This document shows, one piece after another, positions 19,462-30,969 of a stretch of DNA of 64,000 nucleotides (position 1 is its first letter; each line of letters starts with the position of its first letter). Origin of the DNA: an uncultured Gemmatimonadaceae bacterium (lineage in GTDB: Bacteria > Gemmatimonadota > Gemmatimonadetes > Gemmatimonadales > Gemmatimonadaceae). Under the pieces are notes generated by a model, which had not been told where the DNA came from, did no database searches, and was given only the letters and a program-made list of their open reading frames with translations. The stretch spans positions 1,472,001-1,536,000 of the forward strand of contig CAVUDW010000002.1 of NCBI GenBank assembly GCA_963740355.1, read 5' to 3'. The position numbers and the translations under genes were made by a program.

Positions 19462-20706
19462 TCACTCCGAGCGGAGGGCGACGACCGGGTCGAGCCGGCT
19501 GGCGCGTGAGGCGGGGTAGACGCCGGCGATGATTCCGACGCCAGCACCAACGAGCACCGCAAGGATGACGGACCAGAGCGCAATCGCGGCCGGCAGCGGT
19601 GTCAGGCTGGAGATGATCTTTGCCAGCAGCGCACCCAGACCCACACCGACGGCGGCGCCAAGGATCGAGAGCGTGGTGGATTCGACGAGGAACTGCGCCA
19701 TGATGTCGCGACGCCGGGCACCGAGCGACTTTCGCACCCCGATCTCACGGGTACGCTCGGCCACCGCCACGAGCATGATGTTCATGATCACGATCGCGCC
19801 CACGATCAGCCCGATCGCTGGCAACACCACACCGGCCAGCACCAGGTACTGCTTGATCTTGGCGAAGAACGAGAGTGCTGATGCCGACGTCTCGAGGACG
19901 AAGTTGTCCTTCTGGCCGGGCCGCAGCTTGCGAATGGAGCGCATCGCGGCCTGCACGTCCTGCATCGTGGCGTTCATCACCTGCTCATTCGGACTCTTGA
20001 CCATCACCGCGTCGATCACGCCCTTCTGGCGGTTCGTCAACCGGCGCAGCGGCGAGGTGTATGGTGCAATCGCGAACTTGTCGAAGGAGATGCCGAGGGC
20101 GCTGCCCTGTGATTCCGCGACACCGATGATGGTGTAGGGGAGGTTGCCGAGGCGCAGCTCCTTGCCGATCGCGTCGGTGTTCGGGAAGAAGTGTTCCTTC
20201 ACGTCCTTTCCGATCACGACCACCAACGAACCCATGGCATCTTCCTGCGGCGAGAAGATCCGCCCCGATGCCACACCCATCTTCTTGATCTCGAAGTAGT
20301 TGCGGGTCGTGTTGTAGATCTGGACACTCTTCGGACGACCGGTCACCGTCGTGGCCGTCGTGTTGTCCTGGCTCATCGGGGCCCACAGGATGCCTTCCGG
20401 CAATGCGGCCGTGATGAGCGGCACATCGGAGTCCATCAGGCGCGGGCGACGCTGATACTCGCGCCACTGCTCCTCGGTGGTGTTGCCGATGTTCACGTTC
20501 GGGCGCGAGCGGACTTCGAAGGTGTTGACCGCGAGGATCTTGCCGACGAGGTCATCCTCCATGTACCGACTCATCCCCTCGACGATCGCGACCACGGCGA
20601 TGAGGAAGGTGACGCCGATGCAGACGCCCAGCATCGTGAAGAAGCTCTTCAGCTTCTGCGTGCGGATCGTCTGCAGCGCGAGCAGGACGGCCTCGAAAAG
20701 CGGCAT
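19462..20706 (-). CDS. MacB/FtsX-type ABC transporter permease
   Basis: LKSFFTMLGV, IMNIMLVAVAERTREIGVRKSLGA, RASRLDPVVALRSE. Confidence 0.92.
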   Translation of the reverse strand: MPLFEAVLLALQTIRTQKLKSFFTMLGVCIGVTFLIAVVAIVEGMSRYMEDDLVGKILAVNTFEVRSRPNVNIGNTTEEQWREYQRRPRLMDSDVPLITAALPEGILWAPMSQDNTTATTVTGRPKSVQIYNTTRNYFEIKKMGVASGRIFSPQEDAMGSLVVVIGKDVKEHFFPNTDAIGKELRLGNLPYTIIGVAESQGSALGISFDKFAIAPYTSPLRRLTNRQKGVIDAVMVKSPNEQVMNATMQDVQAAMRSIRKLRPGQKDNFVLETSASALSFFAKIKQYLVLAGVVLPAIGLIVGAIVIMNIMLVAVAERTREIGVRKSLGARRRDIMAQFLVESTTLSILGAAVGVGLGALLAKIISSLTPLPAAIALWSVILAVLVGAGVGIIAGVYPASRASRLDPVVALRSE

Positions 20707-20708
20707 CG

Positions 20709-21509
20709 CTAGTGTCCCTGGCCCATGCGGCTGCGGAAGACTTCTCCGCTGTCATCGCTGGCGATGACACCATCACGCAACACGACAACGCGGCGTGCAT
20801 GCGCCGCGATGTCGGGTTCGTGCGTCACCATGATCACCGTTTGGCCCTGTGCCGCGAGGCTTTCAAAGACGCGCATGATTTCTTCCGAGGTCTGCGAATC
20901 GAGGTTACCCGTCGGTTCGTCGGCCAGGAGGATCGAGGGTTCGTTCACGAGGGCACGGGCGATCGCGACACGCTGACGCTGGCCGCCCGAGAGTTCGTTC
21001 GGCTTGTGCGACATACGCTCGGCCAGCTGCACGCGCTCCAGGGCCTGCGCCGCACGCTTCTTCCGCTCGCCGCTGGAAATGCCGGCATACACCAGCGGCA
21101 GCTCCACATTCTGGAGTGCGCTGGCACGCGGCAGCAGGTTGAATGTCTGGAACACGAACCCGATCTCCTTGTTGCGGACGTGCGCGAGCGCATCATCCGT
21201 CATCTTCGAGACCTGTTGTCCGTTGAGCCAATACTCACCGCTGCTCGGTGTGTCGAGGCAGCCGATCAGGTTCATCAGCGTCGACTTGCCCGAGCCTGAC
21301 GGGCCCATGATGGCGACGTATTCATTGCGACGCACGGCGAGGTCGACGCCACGCAGCGCGCGCACGATTTCGCCGCCCATCTCGTACTGGCGGGTGATGC
21401 CACGGGTGACGATGACCCAGTCCTTCTCCGGCGCGGCTCCCTGCGCCGAGGAGACGGCGCGGCGTTCCCCGGTGACGGTCAGCCCCTCGGGCGCAGATGG
21501 TGAACTCAC
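20709..21509 (-). CDS. ABC transporter ATP-binding protein (MacB/LolD type)
   Basis: Walker [10 protein letters not shown], signature LSGGQRQR, Walker [12 protein letters not shown]. Confidence 0.95.
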   Translation of the reverse strand: MSSPSAPEGLTVTGERRAVSSAQGAAPEKDWVIVTRGITRQYEMGGEIVRALRGVDLAVRRNEYVAIMGPSGSGKSTLMNLIGCLDTPSSGEYWLNGQQVSKMTDDALAHVRNKEIGFVFQTFNLLPRASALQNVELPLVYAGISSGERKKRAAQALERVQLAERMSHKPNELSGGQRQRVAIARALVNEPSILLADEPTGNLDSQTSEEIMRVFESLAAQGQTVIMVTHEPDIAAHARRVVVLRDGVIASDDSGEVFRSRMGQGH

Positions 21510-22795
21510 GCCTTCTTCTCCTTCTTGCCCTTGGTGGTGTCCGCCACTTCTTCCTTCACGATGGCGCCTTCATGCAACTCGCGGATTGCCTGGTACGTGC
21601 CAGAGACGATGCGGTCACCTGCCTTCAGGCCACCCAGCACCTCGAAGTAGCGGTCGCCGGCGATACCGACCTTCACGGGGCGGAAGCTGACGGTGTTGCC
21701 GGTGTTCACCACGAACACGCCTTCCACGTCGCGCTTGCCAACCTGCTTGCCGGCGGCCTTTCGGCCGGCCGGTGCCTGAGCCGTGTCGCCATTCACGATC
21801 GCCGAGTCTTCGCGCACGGTGAGCGCGATGATCGGGATCGAGAGCACCTTGGTGCGCACGTCCGTGATCACCTTCGCGGTGGCGGAGAAGTCAGGGCGCG
21901 TCTCGTTCGGCGCATTGACCAGCTGCACGACGACTTCATAGTCGACGGCCTGATCTGACGCCTGTGTGGTGGCCGCCGCCTTCACCGAGCTGTTGGCGAT
22001 GCGCACCACGCGACCCACGAAGGTGGTGTCGGGGAAGGCATCGATCTGCACCACGGCCGAGTCGCCGAGCTTGATGCGCGACACGTCGGTTTCGTCGACC
22101 TTGATCTTCGTCTCGAGGATCGAGAGATCGGAGATCGTCAGCAGCGTGGCGGCATCCTTGTTGAGCGTGCCCTGAATGGCGGTTTCACCATTCTCGACGT
22201 TCAGGCGCGTCACGCGACCGGACATCGGCGCGAGGATCGTGGTGCGGCTAAGCGCGAAACGGGAGTCACGCACGGCTGCTTCCGACTGCTCGACGCTGAA
22301 CTTCGCGGCATCGGACAGCGCCTGGTTCACCTCAACCTGCGTGCGGAGCTGCTCCAGCTGTTCATCGGACAGCAGGGTCGGCGTGGCCTTCTTGATCTCG
22401 GCCGACCGATCGTAGTTGCGCTTGGCCTGGATGAAGTTGGCGCTGGCCTGTGCGAACTGCGCCTTGGCCGAGGCCAACGCGGCCTGCGAGCGCTGCAACG
22501 CGGCTTCGTACTGCTGCGGATCGATCTGCAGCAGGAACTGTCCCTTGGTGACCAGGTCGCCTTCCTTCACCGACAGGCGAATGATCTTGCCCGTGATGTC
22601 CGCGCTGACGTCCACCTTGGTGCGGGGGCGCACCTGACCGCTGGCCGTGACGCTGGCCACCAGGTCACGTGCTTCGACCGCCTCGATCTTGACCGTGGCC
22701 GCCTTGTTGTTGCCCTTCTGCTTGGCCACATACGCTGCAGCACCCAGTGCCGCGATGACCGCGACTGCGATCCCGATCTTTACGCCTTTCGTCAT
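21506..22795 (-). CDS. efflux periplasmic adaptor (MacA-like membrane fusion protein)
   Basis: N-terminal TM anchor, lipoyl half-motifs (V.EGD.V.KGQ.L..ID; I.APMSG.V) and a coiled-coil hairpin. Confidence 0.92.
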   Translation of the reverse strand: MTKGVKIGIAVAVIAALGAAAYVAKQKGNNKAATVKIEAVEARDLVASVTASGQVRPRTKVDVSADITGKIIRLSVKEGDLVTKGQFLLQIDPQQYEAALQRSQAALASAKAQFAQASANFIQAKRNYDRSAEIKKATPTLLSDEQLEQLRTQVEVNQALSDAAKFSVEQSEAAVRDSRFALSRTTILAPMSGRVTRLNVENGETAIQGTLNKDAATLLTISDLSILETKIKVDETDVSRIKLGDSAVVQIDAFPDTTFVGRVVRIANSSVKAAATTQASDQAVDYEVVVQLVNAPNETRPDFSATAKVITDVRTKVLSIPIIALTVREDSAIVNGDTAQAPAGRKAAGKQVGKRDVEGVFVVNTGNTVSFRPVKVGIAGDRYFEVLGGLKAGDRIVSGTYQAIRELHEGAIVKEEVADTTKGKKEKKA

Positions 22796-22813
22796 GTGAT
22801 TCTCGTAGGTGGG

Positions 22814-24289
22814 TCAGCGCAGGCGACGGCCGACAGCTAGCTCAAGCGCGGCGAATGCCCGGTGGAAATCGTACACAGCGGTAATACGGTCGTTCTCGGC
22901 ACGCGCAAACACCGCGCGTGCATCCGCGACGTCGAGGAACGTCGCCTGTCCAACACGATAGCGGGTCTCGGCGAGGAGGAGTGCTTCGCGAGCCAGCTTC
23001 CCGTTGGCTTCCTGGATGGCGACGGTCTGCTGCGCGGCATCGAGGTTGAGATAGGCGGTGCGCACGGCCTGCTGCGCAGCCAGTTCCTGCTGACGGACGG
23101 CCTGCTTTGCGTTGTCGCGAGCGACTGCAGCCTCGGCGACACGCTGCTCACGCTGCCAGCCGTTGAAGATCGGCAGCGTGAATTGCGCATTCACGTTGTA
23201 CGGATTGCGCGTGTAGCTGAACGGGAACGCGTTGTTGGAAGCGCGCGCGGCCGAGATTTCTGCCGGCGTGAGTGCGATCGCGGCGCAGGTCGTGGGATCG
23301 AATGGCTGCCCCACGATCTGGAGCACGCTGCCGCGCTGGTAGCAGCCGCTCTGCTTGCTCGCGAGCGCCTGCGTGACGGGGAAGTTGTTGTCGGTGTACG
23401 AGTTCGTGAATCCGCCATACCCGGCCGAGAGCGAGAACTGCGGCAGGTATGCGGCCTTCGCGATGCGCTGGTTGACGGCTGCGGCATCTTCGCGGCCGCG
23501 GCGCGCGATGACGTTCGGGTTGGCGCGCTTCGACAACTCGATCAGGTCCGCGAGGCTGGTGCCGACGGGAGCGACCGCAAACGTGCTCGTGAGGGCGACG
23601 TCGGTGGCTGGCGGGCTGACGCCAAGATTCTCGAACAGGCGGAGCTTCTCGATTGCCAACGTATTGCGGGCCTGAATCACCTGCACGCGCTGCTGCCCGA
23701 GGGCGACTTCCGCGCGTTGCACATCGAGCGTGGTGGCGCTGCCGGCGGCGAGCTTGGCCTTCGCCAGGTCCACCTGCAGGCGGTTGCTCTCGAGCAGCGT
23801 GTCCTGCAGGATGGCGCGGGCCTGTGCTTGCAGCGCGATCACATACTGCTGTGTGACGGTGCTGCGCAGTTGCTGGGATGCGGCATCCGCTTCCGCCTCG
23901 GTCGCGCGCTCGGCGAGCTTCGACGCGCGCGGCTGCAGCAGCACATCGAGACCGTAGGTGAGCGAGGCATTGAGGCTGGCGCTGGAGCCGATCGTGTTCG
24001 CGTTGGCACCGAAGCCGACGCCGTTGAACACCTGCTGACGCCCTTCGCGCCAGGAGAAGCCCGCGGACGAACCGACGTTCGGAAGCAACTGTCCGTACGC
24101 GCTGCGTGTCGCAGCTGCAGCGGTACGGCGCGCGTTCAGTGATTGCCGGAGCTGGGGATTGTTCGCCAGAGCGAGCTCCACCGCCTGCTCGACGCTGAGC
24201 GCCGAGGGCGCTGGCGTGCCCTGCGCACCAGCCACAAGAGGGAAGAGCAGCGCGGCGGCGAGGCCACGAGACAGAGCGTTCATCGGCAT
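22814..24289 (-). CDS. TolC-family outer membrane efflux protein
   Basis: Signal peptide, LS.EQAVELALANNP, LPQFSLSA, FTLPIFNG, RYRVG.ATFLDV; first gene of the exporter operon. Confidence 0.9.
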   Translation of the reverse strand: MPMNALSRGLAAALLFPLVAGAQGTPAPSALSVEQAVELALANNPQLRQSLNARRTAAAATRSAYGQLLPNVGSSAGFSWREGRQQVFNGVGFGANANTIGSSASLNASLTYGLDVLLQPRASKLAERATEAEADAASQQLRSTVTQQYVIALQAQARAILQDTLLESNRLQVDLAKAKLAAGSATTLDVQRAEVALGQQRVQVIQARNTLAIEKLRLFENLGVSPPATDVALTSTFAVAPVGTSLADLIELSKRANPNVIARRGREDAAAVNQRIAKAAYLPQFSLSAGYGGFTNSYTDNNFPVTQALASKQSGCYQRGSVLQIVGQPFDPTTCAAIALTPAEISAARASNNAFPFSYTRNPYNVNAQFTLPIFNGWQREQRVAEAAVARDNAKQAVRQQELAAQQAVRTAYLNLDAAQQTVAIQEANGKLAREALLLAETRYRVGQATFLDVADARAVFARAENDRITAVYDFHRAFAALELAVGRRLR

Positions 24290-24375
24290 TGGCAAGGTAG
24301 GAGTGATCGGACTGAGCCAGCGTACGGGCTCGGTCGGGGTACGGTTTCAGGGCACCGGTGCGTTGGGCCAGCTGG

Positions 24376-25098
24376 CTAGGTCGGGGGATCGTCCCGGAGG
24401 ATGCGATTCCTGCCACTCCAGGTCACCCGGAGCAGGCGGCCTTTGGTGTCGCGCCACCAGATGAGCGGCACCGACAGCCCCGTCACCGTCACCGGGGTGC
24501 CCGTGACCACCACCTCGGCGACCGACAGTTCCACTGGTGCGCCAAGCATCAGGGCCCCAGTGGAGAGGGTGCCGCGGCGGACGTCGAGAAACGCCATCGA
24601 CGCGGCGCCCCGCTGGGAGAGGGCGGCCAGCAGCACGAACGGGACGATCGCCGCAGTGTCAAGAATTGCAACATCCCGCTGGGCGAGAAATTCCCGCACC
24701 ATTCGCCGCGATGGCGTGACCCGTTCCAGCGTGATGCGACCGCCGGCACTCGTGACTTGCACCCGATCGATCACCTTGCCAGCGCTGTCCCGCGATTCCG
24801 CCACGTAGCGACGCAGGCCATACACCGAGTCGGTGCGGAGCTCGGCGGTGACGCGGAGCCCCCGACGCACCACGATGCCGCTGGCGAGCAGTTCGAGATC
24901 GCTCCCCGTGCGAACCTGCCGGAATCGCATCGAGCCGCGGGCCACCATCGTCGAGTCGAGTTGGACCGTGATCGACAGGGCATCCAGCAGGGGAGTGGGC
25001 TGCGCGGCTTGGCCGCCTGCACGCTGACTTCCGGCAAAAAGCACGGCGAAGCAGAGGGCCCAGGTGGTCGCACGAGGTGTATGGAGGAAACGCGTCAC
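24376..25098 (-). CDS. hypothetical exported protein
   Basis: Signal-peptide-like N-terminus and beta-rich body; fills the gap upstream of tolC. Confidence 0.6.
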   Translation of the reverse strand: MTRFLHTPRATTWALCFAVLFAGSQRAGGQAAQPTPLLDALSITVQLDSTMVARGSMRFRQVRTGSDLELLASGIVVRRGLRVTAELRTDSVYGLRRYVAESRDSAGKVIDRVQVTSAGGRITLERVTPSRRMVREFLAQRDVAILDTAAIVPFVLLAALSQRGAASMAFLDVRRGTLSTGALMLGAPVELSVAEVVVTGTPVTVTGLSVPLIWWRDTKGRLLRVTWSGRNRILRDDPPT

Positions 25099-25137
25099 CC
25101 TGTAAACTGACCTGTCTCAGCCGTTGCGCGCGACATT

Positions 25138-28100
25138 TTGTCGCCGATTCCCGCTTTCGCTCCCCGTCCACTGCCCTCGATCACGTCGCCCGAGCCGCTT
25201 CTGACCCCGCGTCGCCGCTGGTTGTTTCCCGCTGCGGTCGGTGTGGTCTGCGCTGCGCTCTGGCTCCGATCACCGTCCATCCCGTGGCTGATCGCGGTCG
25301 CCGCCACGGTGGTGGTCACGGCGCTGATGGGGCAGTGGGCGCACCGTCGGCGATCGCCGCGAATCGTGGTGCTGCTCGGCATCCTGTTCGTGGCGACGGC
25401 CTCGTGGCAGCAGAACGAACTGCACCAGATCGACATCCACTTCGAGGACTGGACCGCCGCCGCCATTCGCCGCGGTGATGCCAGTGCGGCGCGTGCACTC
25501 CCGATTGCCGCGGCGCGGGTGCGACAGCTGGCCGAAAAGGCGCTCGATGCCCCCGCGTCCAGTGGGGCAGGCTTCCGGTACCTCGCGTCGCTCGACGGGA
25601 TCGATCCTCGCACGAGCGTCGTGCTCTATCGGAATGGGCTGCCCGTGTCGTGGGCCGGTGAGCCACGCGCGGTGCCTGAAGTGCTGCGCGGCGACATCGG
25701 CGTCGAGCGGCTGCGATTCTATCTCGTGTTGTATGCCGCCGAACGGCGCGGTGATGCGGTAGCGGTGGCAACGATGGTGCTCGACGCGGATCCGCCGGCG
25801 CGGCATCTGGTGAAGGGTCTCGGGGCTGATCTCGCGGAGCGCGCTGCCGTCGGTGCGATCGAGTTCGCGCCGCCAGGACCGGCGGATGAAGCGGGCTTCC
25901 GCCCCTGGCTTGTGGATGGCGAATCGCTCCTGCGGTATCGCGCGACTGCACCGACGCGTGGCAACGCGATCACCGGACAGCTCGAAACGGCGCGTGGACT
26001 TGGTGGAGCCGTGCTCGCCGTGTGGGCGTCTGGCCCTGATCGTGGTGGCATGGCGCCGCCGGCCATCACTGGCCGAGCAGCTTGGCGCGCTGGCTGCGGG
26101 CGCCGTGGTGGTTGGACTGGTGCCACTTGGCGCGCTGAGCAACGTGTCGTGGGTGTTCGATCCGAGCCTGTTCTTCGTGCGCGTCGGGAACGTGACGATC
26201 GCCGGCCTGGCGGCGCTGCTGCTGTCAGGATCATTGCTCGCACTGGCGGGACTTGCACTGCGACGGGCGCGACCCGAGTACCAGTCGCGACTCGTGCCGG
26301 GGCTGGTGCTGCTGGTGCTGGTCCCGCTTGGCCCGGTGTTGCTGCGTGCATTGGGCAACGGCATCACGCTCCCGGTCACCGGCACGCCGACGACGCTCTG
26401 GCTCGCGTGGCAGCTCGGCATCTTTCTCTTCGCGGTGGTGGTGCTGCTCGGTGGCGCGGCTGCTGGTCGCGCCTGGCTGCGTGACGATCGCGGCGTCGAT
26501 CCGATGGTCGGTCCGTCGCTGGCTGTGATTGCGGCAGCGCTGGCGCCGCGCCTCTGGCAGCCCGAGACGGCGTGGAACAACGCCTACACGCTGCTCTGGA
26601 TTGCAGTGATCGTCTTCACCGCGCTGTCCCGGCCGACGCGTGCGGTGCTGCTGCAGGTAGGTGCCGTGGCAGCGTTGGGCGCGACGGTGTTGACGTGGGG
26701 CGGTGTGATGCGCCGCACGGTGGAACTGGCGACGTTCGAGACGGGTCGTTTGACCGCGCCCGATGTCGATGCGTCGCAGTTGCTGGAACGATTCGCGTCG
26801 CAACTCGTGTCGCAGGCGTCGCCCCGTTCGCGCGCTGACCTGCTCGATCGCGTAGCCGCGAGTGACCTCGTCGCACGCTATCCGCTGACGGCCGCAACCT
26901 GGAAGCTGGATGGAACGTTGCTCGCGTCGCTTGATGTCTTCGGGCAGACGGAGCAACTCGATGTGCGGGAAGTGGTGGAGAGTGCGGTCCGCAGCGGCCG
27001 GCCGGCCACCAGCGACGTTGTTGGTTATCCTGGGATCTATCAGGTGCTGGCCGTGCCGTTCGCCGACAGCACCATCACGACGGTGATCGTCGAACCGCGC
27101 GCGCGATCGTTGGCGACACCCGCTGTCGCCGCGTTGCTGGGTTATTCGTCGCCGACTTCAGGCGCACCGCCCTATCGGTTCGAATTGGGCGAAGTGCAGG
27201 CGGATCGCAAGGAACACGACGGCATGCGCTGGACTCGCGAGCGTGGTGTTTTCGATGGCTCGCGTGTCGTGCCGACCGTGCTCGGACCACTGCAGGCCCA
27301 CGCGCGGATCGATGTGCCGGCTGGTTGGTCGCTGATTCAGCGCGGCACACTGCTCGTCGCCGCAGACCTGGCCTTGCTGTTCGCACTGTCGGCTGCAGCA
27401 GGCTTGACCCGAGCCGGTGCCTTGCGATGGTGGCGGCAGCGGCGTCGCTCCTTCCGCGGCAGCTATCGACTGCGGCTCACGGGCGTGTTGCTTGCCTTCT
27501 TCGTGGTGCCGCTCGGTGTGCTCACCGTCTGGAGCTTTCAGCGCCTGCGCATCGACGATGCGGAGAAGCGCGAGTTGTTGGTGCGTGAGTTCCTGCGCGC
27601 AGTGGATCGATCGGGTGAACGTCCCGAGCTGGAACAAGCGAGTCGCCGCATCGGTGTGCCGCTGCTCGGCTACTCGGTTGGTCGCCTGGTCGACGTGAGC
27701 GATGAACTCTTCGGCGCGCTGGCACCAGTGGGACTGTTCCTGCCACCGGATGTGGCGCAAACGCTGGCGCCCGGTGGTTCCCTCACTGCCACCAGCACCG
27801 TGCAGGTGGCCGGCACGAATGTGTTGCTCAGCTATCTCAGCACGCGTGGTTCGCGCGGCGAACGCATCGTGGTCGCGGCGCCTGCGGTGCTGGAAGAGGA
27901 AACATTCGACCAACGCCGTGAAGACCTGGTGATGTTGCTGCTCTTCGGTGCCTTGAGCGGTGTGTTGGCAGCGCTCTGGCTCTCGGGGCTCGCAGCGCGG
28001 CAGTTCGCGCGACCGATCGGCGCGCTGCGCGACGCGGCCGTGGCCGTGGCGGCGGGTGAACGTGCGCCGCGCCTCGACGAAGCGCCGCCGAGCGAGTTCG

Positions 28101-29188
28101 TGCCGGTGTTCAACGCCTTCCGCAGCATGGCAGATGACCTGCGCGCCAGTGAACGTGCACTCGATGCCGCACGGCGCCGCACCGATGCCGTGTTGCGCAC
28201 GGTGGCCTCCGGTGTGATTGCGCTCGATGCCGAGACACGTGTCGTGCTGGCCAATCCACGCGCCGAATCGCTGCTCGGCGGCAGTGTGCCGGCGGGGACG
28301 TTCCTGCAGATCGTGTCGCCGTCCCTGGCGCAGCGTGCGATTGCGTTCGCGGCCTCCGCAAAACGTGACGATGCGTTCGAGGAGACGTGGGGCGATGCCA
28401 CGGTGCAGGGACGATTCACGCGCCTCGATCTTGGTGGCGTGGTCGTGACGCTGGACGACGTGACGCAGTTGGCGCACGCCCAGCGCGTGCTGGCGTGGGG
28501 CGAGATGGCGCGACAGGTGGCGCACGAGATCAAGAATCCGCTGACGCCGATCCGGCTCGGTGTGCAGCACCTGCGTCGCGCACGTGACGATGGTCGCAAG
28601 GATTTCGACGCCATTCTCGATCGCAATGTCGGCACCATCCTGACGCAGATCGATCGCCTCGACGAGATCGCGCGTGCGTTCAGCCGCTACGGCACGTCGC
28701 CCGAGACCGCGCCGATTGCCGAGCCGACGGACGTGGTCGCCGTGGTACAGGAGGTGATGGACCTCGAACGCATGGCTGAAGGTGCCGTCTCGTGGGAACT
28801 GAGCGTTCCGCCTGACGGCGTCGCGACCGCAATGGCCCGTGGGCCGGAGCTGCGCGACGTGTTGCTCAATCTCCTCGAGAATGCGCGGCAGGCCGGTGCC
28901 ACCGTGGTGCGGGTGCAGGTGGAGCGCGACGCGAGTGCCGTGCGAATCGATGTCCGGGACAATGGCGGCGGTATTCCGTCGGCGGTCTTGTTCAAGGTCT
29001 TCGAGCCGCACTTCTCGACACGGACCAGTGGGAGTGGGCTCGGCCTGGCGATCAGTCGGCGTCTGGTGGACGGCTGGGGGGGCTCGCTGACGATCGAGCA
29101 GAGCGGGCCGGAGGGCACCGTGGTGGCGATGGTACTGCGACCCAGTGTGTCACTGCCGACACTATCTTCAGCAAATGACCGTTCCTGA
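25138..29188 (+). pseudogene. large multi-TM NtrY-like sensor histidine kinase, split by a single-base frameshift near 26029 (true lesion or sequencing error)
   Basis: The frame-1 ORF is protein-like up to ..GGAVLAVWA and the frame-2 ORF is protein-like from LALIVVAWRR. The C-terminus has HAMP, PAS-like, H-box (MARQVAHEIKNPLTPI), N-box, DNGGG and GSGLGL. Confidence 0.75.
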
Positions 29189-30938
29189 ACGCGCCTCGAT
29201 GCTGACGCCTGCCGGCGGTGTGCCACGCGTGCTGCCCACGCTGCCGCCACACCTGCAGCCGTGGGTCTTGCCGCCGGGCTGGCGATGGGGACGTGGCAGT
29301 GTGCGCAGCGCGGTGCGGCACTATCAGGAAGTGATCGACGCGCTGGGGCGTTCGCTCTCGCTCGTGACGGTCCCGGATGCGGCACATCGCCCATGGTTGG
29401 CCGCCGAGGCGCGCCAACTCGCGCATCAAAGCCATCCGGCCATCCCGACCACTTATCACTACTGGACCGACTCGCCCGAGGTGGCGCGCGGACCAGGCTA
29501 TCTGCGCCGCTGGATCGCGGGCGAAAGTGTCGAGGGACGGACCAAGCGCATCGGGCCGGATGATGCGCCCGGCATGCTCAACCTGTTGCGCACGGTCGGC
29601 ACGCTGCTCGTGTACTTGCACGACCAGAACCTGCCGCACGGTGCCATCGGCACGGGCAGCTGCTGGATCACGCCGACCGGCCGTCTCTGGCAGCTTGGCT
29701 GGGAGTGGGCGTTGCCGGAAGTGTTGCGGCCACCGGCCGTGGCACCACCGGAGTCGTTCATCCCCTACGCCCCTGAGTGGGTGAACGGTTGGCAGCCGAC
29801 GATGCTCAGCGATCAGTGGCAGCTGGCGGCGCTGGCATTCGCGATGATGAGCGGAGAGCGTCCGCCAAGTGACGAAGCACCACCACCGCTGGCGTTGGTG
29901 CGCCCCGATTGTCCCGCGAAGGTGGCGACGATCATCGATCGTGCGCTGTCTCGCGATCCCGGCGATCGACACGCCACGGTTGCCACGATGCTACGCGCCC
30001 TCGAACGAGTCGCCAGTGTCCGCACGAGTGTGATCGGCATCGAGCGCGTTGCGCCGACTGCGCGTCGGGCCGCGGACGAGGAAGAGGTGCGGCTGCGCTG
30101 GGCCACGGGTGACGACTACGAAGTGTTGGCGCGACTCGGTGCCGGCACGTTCGGCAGTGTGTGGCGCGTGCGCGACCTCTCGCTCGAACGCGAAGTGGCG
30201 ATGAAGGTGCTGCATCCGAGCGTGGCCGACGACGATGCCGCGGTGGCGCGTTTCCGGCGCGAGGCGAAGCTTGCGGCACAGCTCGCGCATCCGGCGATCG
30301 TGCCGATCTACGACTGGGAAACGCGCGACGGCATCTCGTGGTACACGATGGAACTCGCGGAAGGTGGTTCCGTCGCGAGCCTCGTGACGCGGGCCGGTGC
30401 GCAACCCGCCGTGGATATTGCGACGCAGGTCGATGGCATCCTCGATGCACTCGATGCGGCGCATGGCGTAGGCATCGTGCATCGCGACCTGAAGCCAGAG
30501 AACGTCCTCATCGATCGCAACGAGCGCTGGCGCCTGACGGACTTCGGCATCGCACACGGGCCCGGCAGTGCGGAGCGGCATCGCGGCACCGGTACGCCGG
30601 AATTCGCGGCGCCGGAGCAGATCATGGGCGAACCGCAGGGACCGAGTGTCGACCTGTTCGCACTTGGTGCGATCGTCGCATTCACCCTCACCGGACGACC
30701 GCCGTTCGGCAGTGGTGATGCGCGTGTGATCGTGGCGCGCCAGTTGAAAGGCGAGATGGATCTCGACGGCGTTCCTGCACCGCTGATCCCGTTCCTCGTG
30801 CGCGCACTCGCGCCGCAGGCGGAGACCCGTTTCGCCGATGCGGCAGAGATGCGCACCGCCTGGCACGCTGCACTCGACGAATTGCAGGACGAGGCTGAGC
30901 GTGGGCAGTGGTGGTGGCGCTGGCTGGGTGGGAACTAG
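29175..30938 (+). CDS. Ser/Thr protein kinase with an N-terminal degenerate (pseudo)kinase domain
   Basis: The C-terminal domain has LGAGTFG, VAMK, HRDLKPEN, DFG, GTPEFAAPE. The N-terminal domain keeps the fold landmarks (HPAIP, APE, SDQWQLA) but lacks the catalytic motifs. Start ATG 29175 overlaps the HK stop. Confidence 0.85.
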   Translation: MTVPERASMLTPAGGVPRVLPTLPPHLQPWVLPPGWRWGRGSVRSAVRHYQEVIDALGRSLSLVTVPDAAHRPWLAAEARQLAHQSHPAIPTTYHYWTDSPEVARGPGYLRRWIAGESVEGRTKRIGPDDAPGMLNLLRTVGTLLVYLHDQNLPHGAIGTGSCWITPTGRLWQLGWEWALPEVLRPPAVAPPESFIPYAPEWVNGWQPTMLSDQWQLAALAFAMMSGERPPSDEAPPPLALVRPDCPAKVATIIDRALSRDPGDRHATVATMLRALERVASVRTSVIGIERVAPTARRAADEEEVRLRWATGDDYEVLARLGAGTFGSVWRVRDLSLEREVAMKVLHPSVADDDAAVARFRREAKLAAQLAHPAIVPIYDWETRDGISWYTMELAEGGSVASLVTRAGAQPAVDIATQVDGILDALDAAHGVGIVHRDLKPENVLIDRNERWRLTDFGIAHGPGSAERHRGTGTPEFAAPEQIMGEPQGPSVDLFALGAIVAFTLTGRPPFGSGDARVIVARQLKGEMDLDGVPAPLIPFLVRALAPQAETRFADAAEMRTAWHAALDELQDEAERGQWWWRWLGGN

Positions 30939-30969
30939 CTGATCGCGCCTCAGCGTGCACCCGCCGCGA

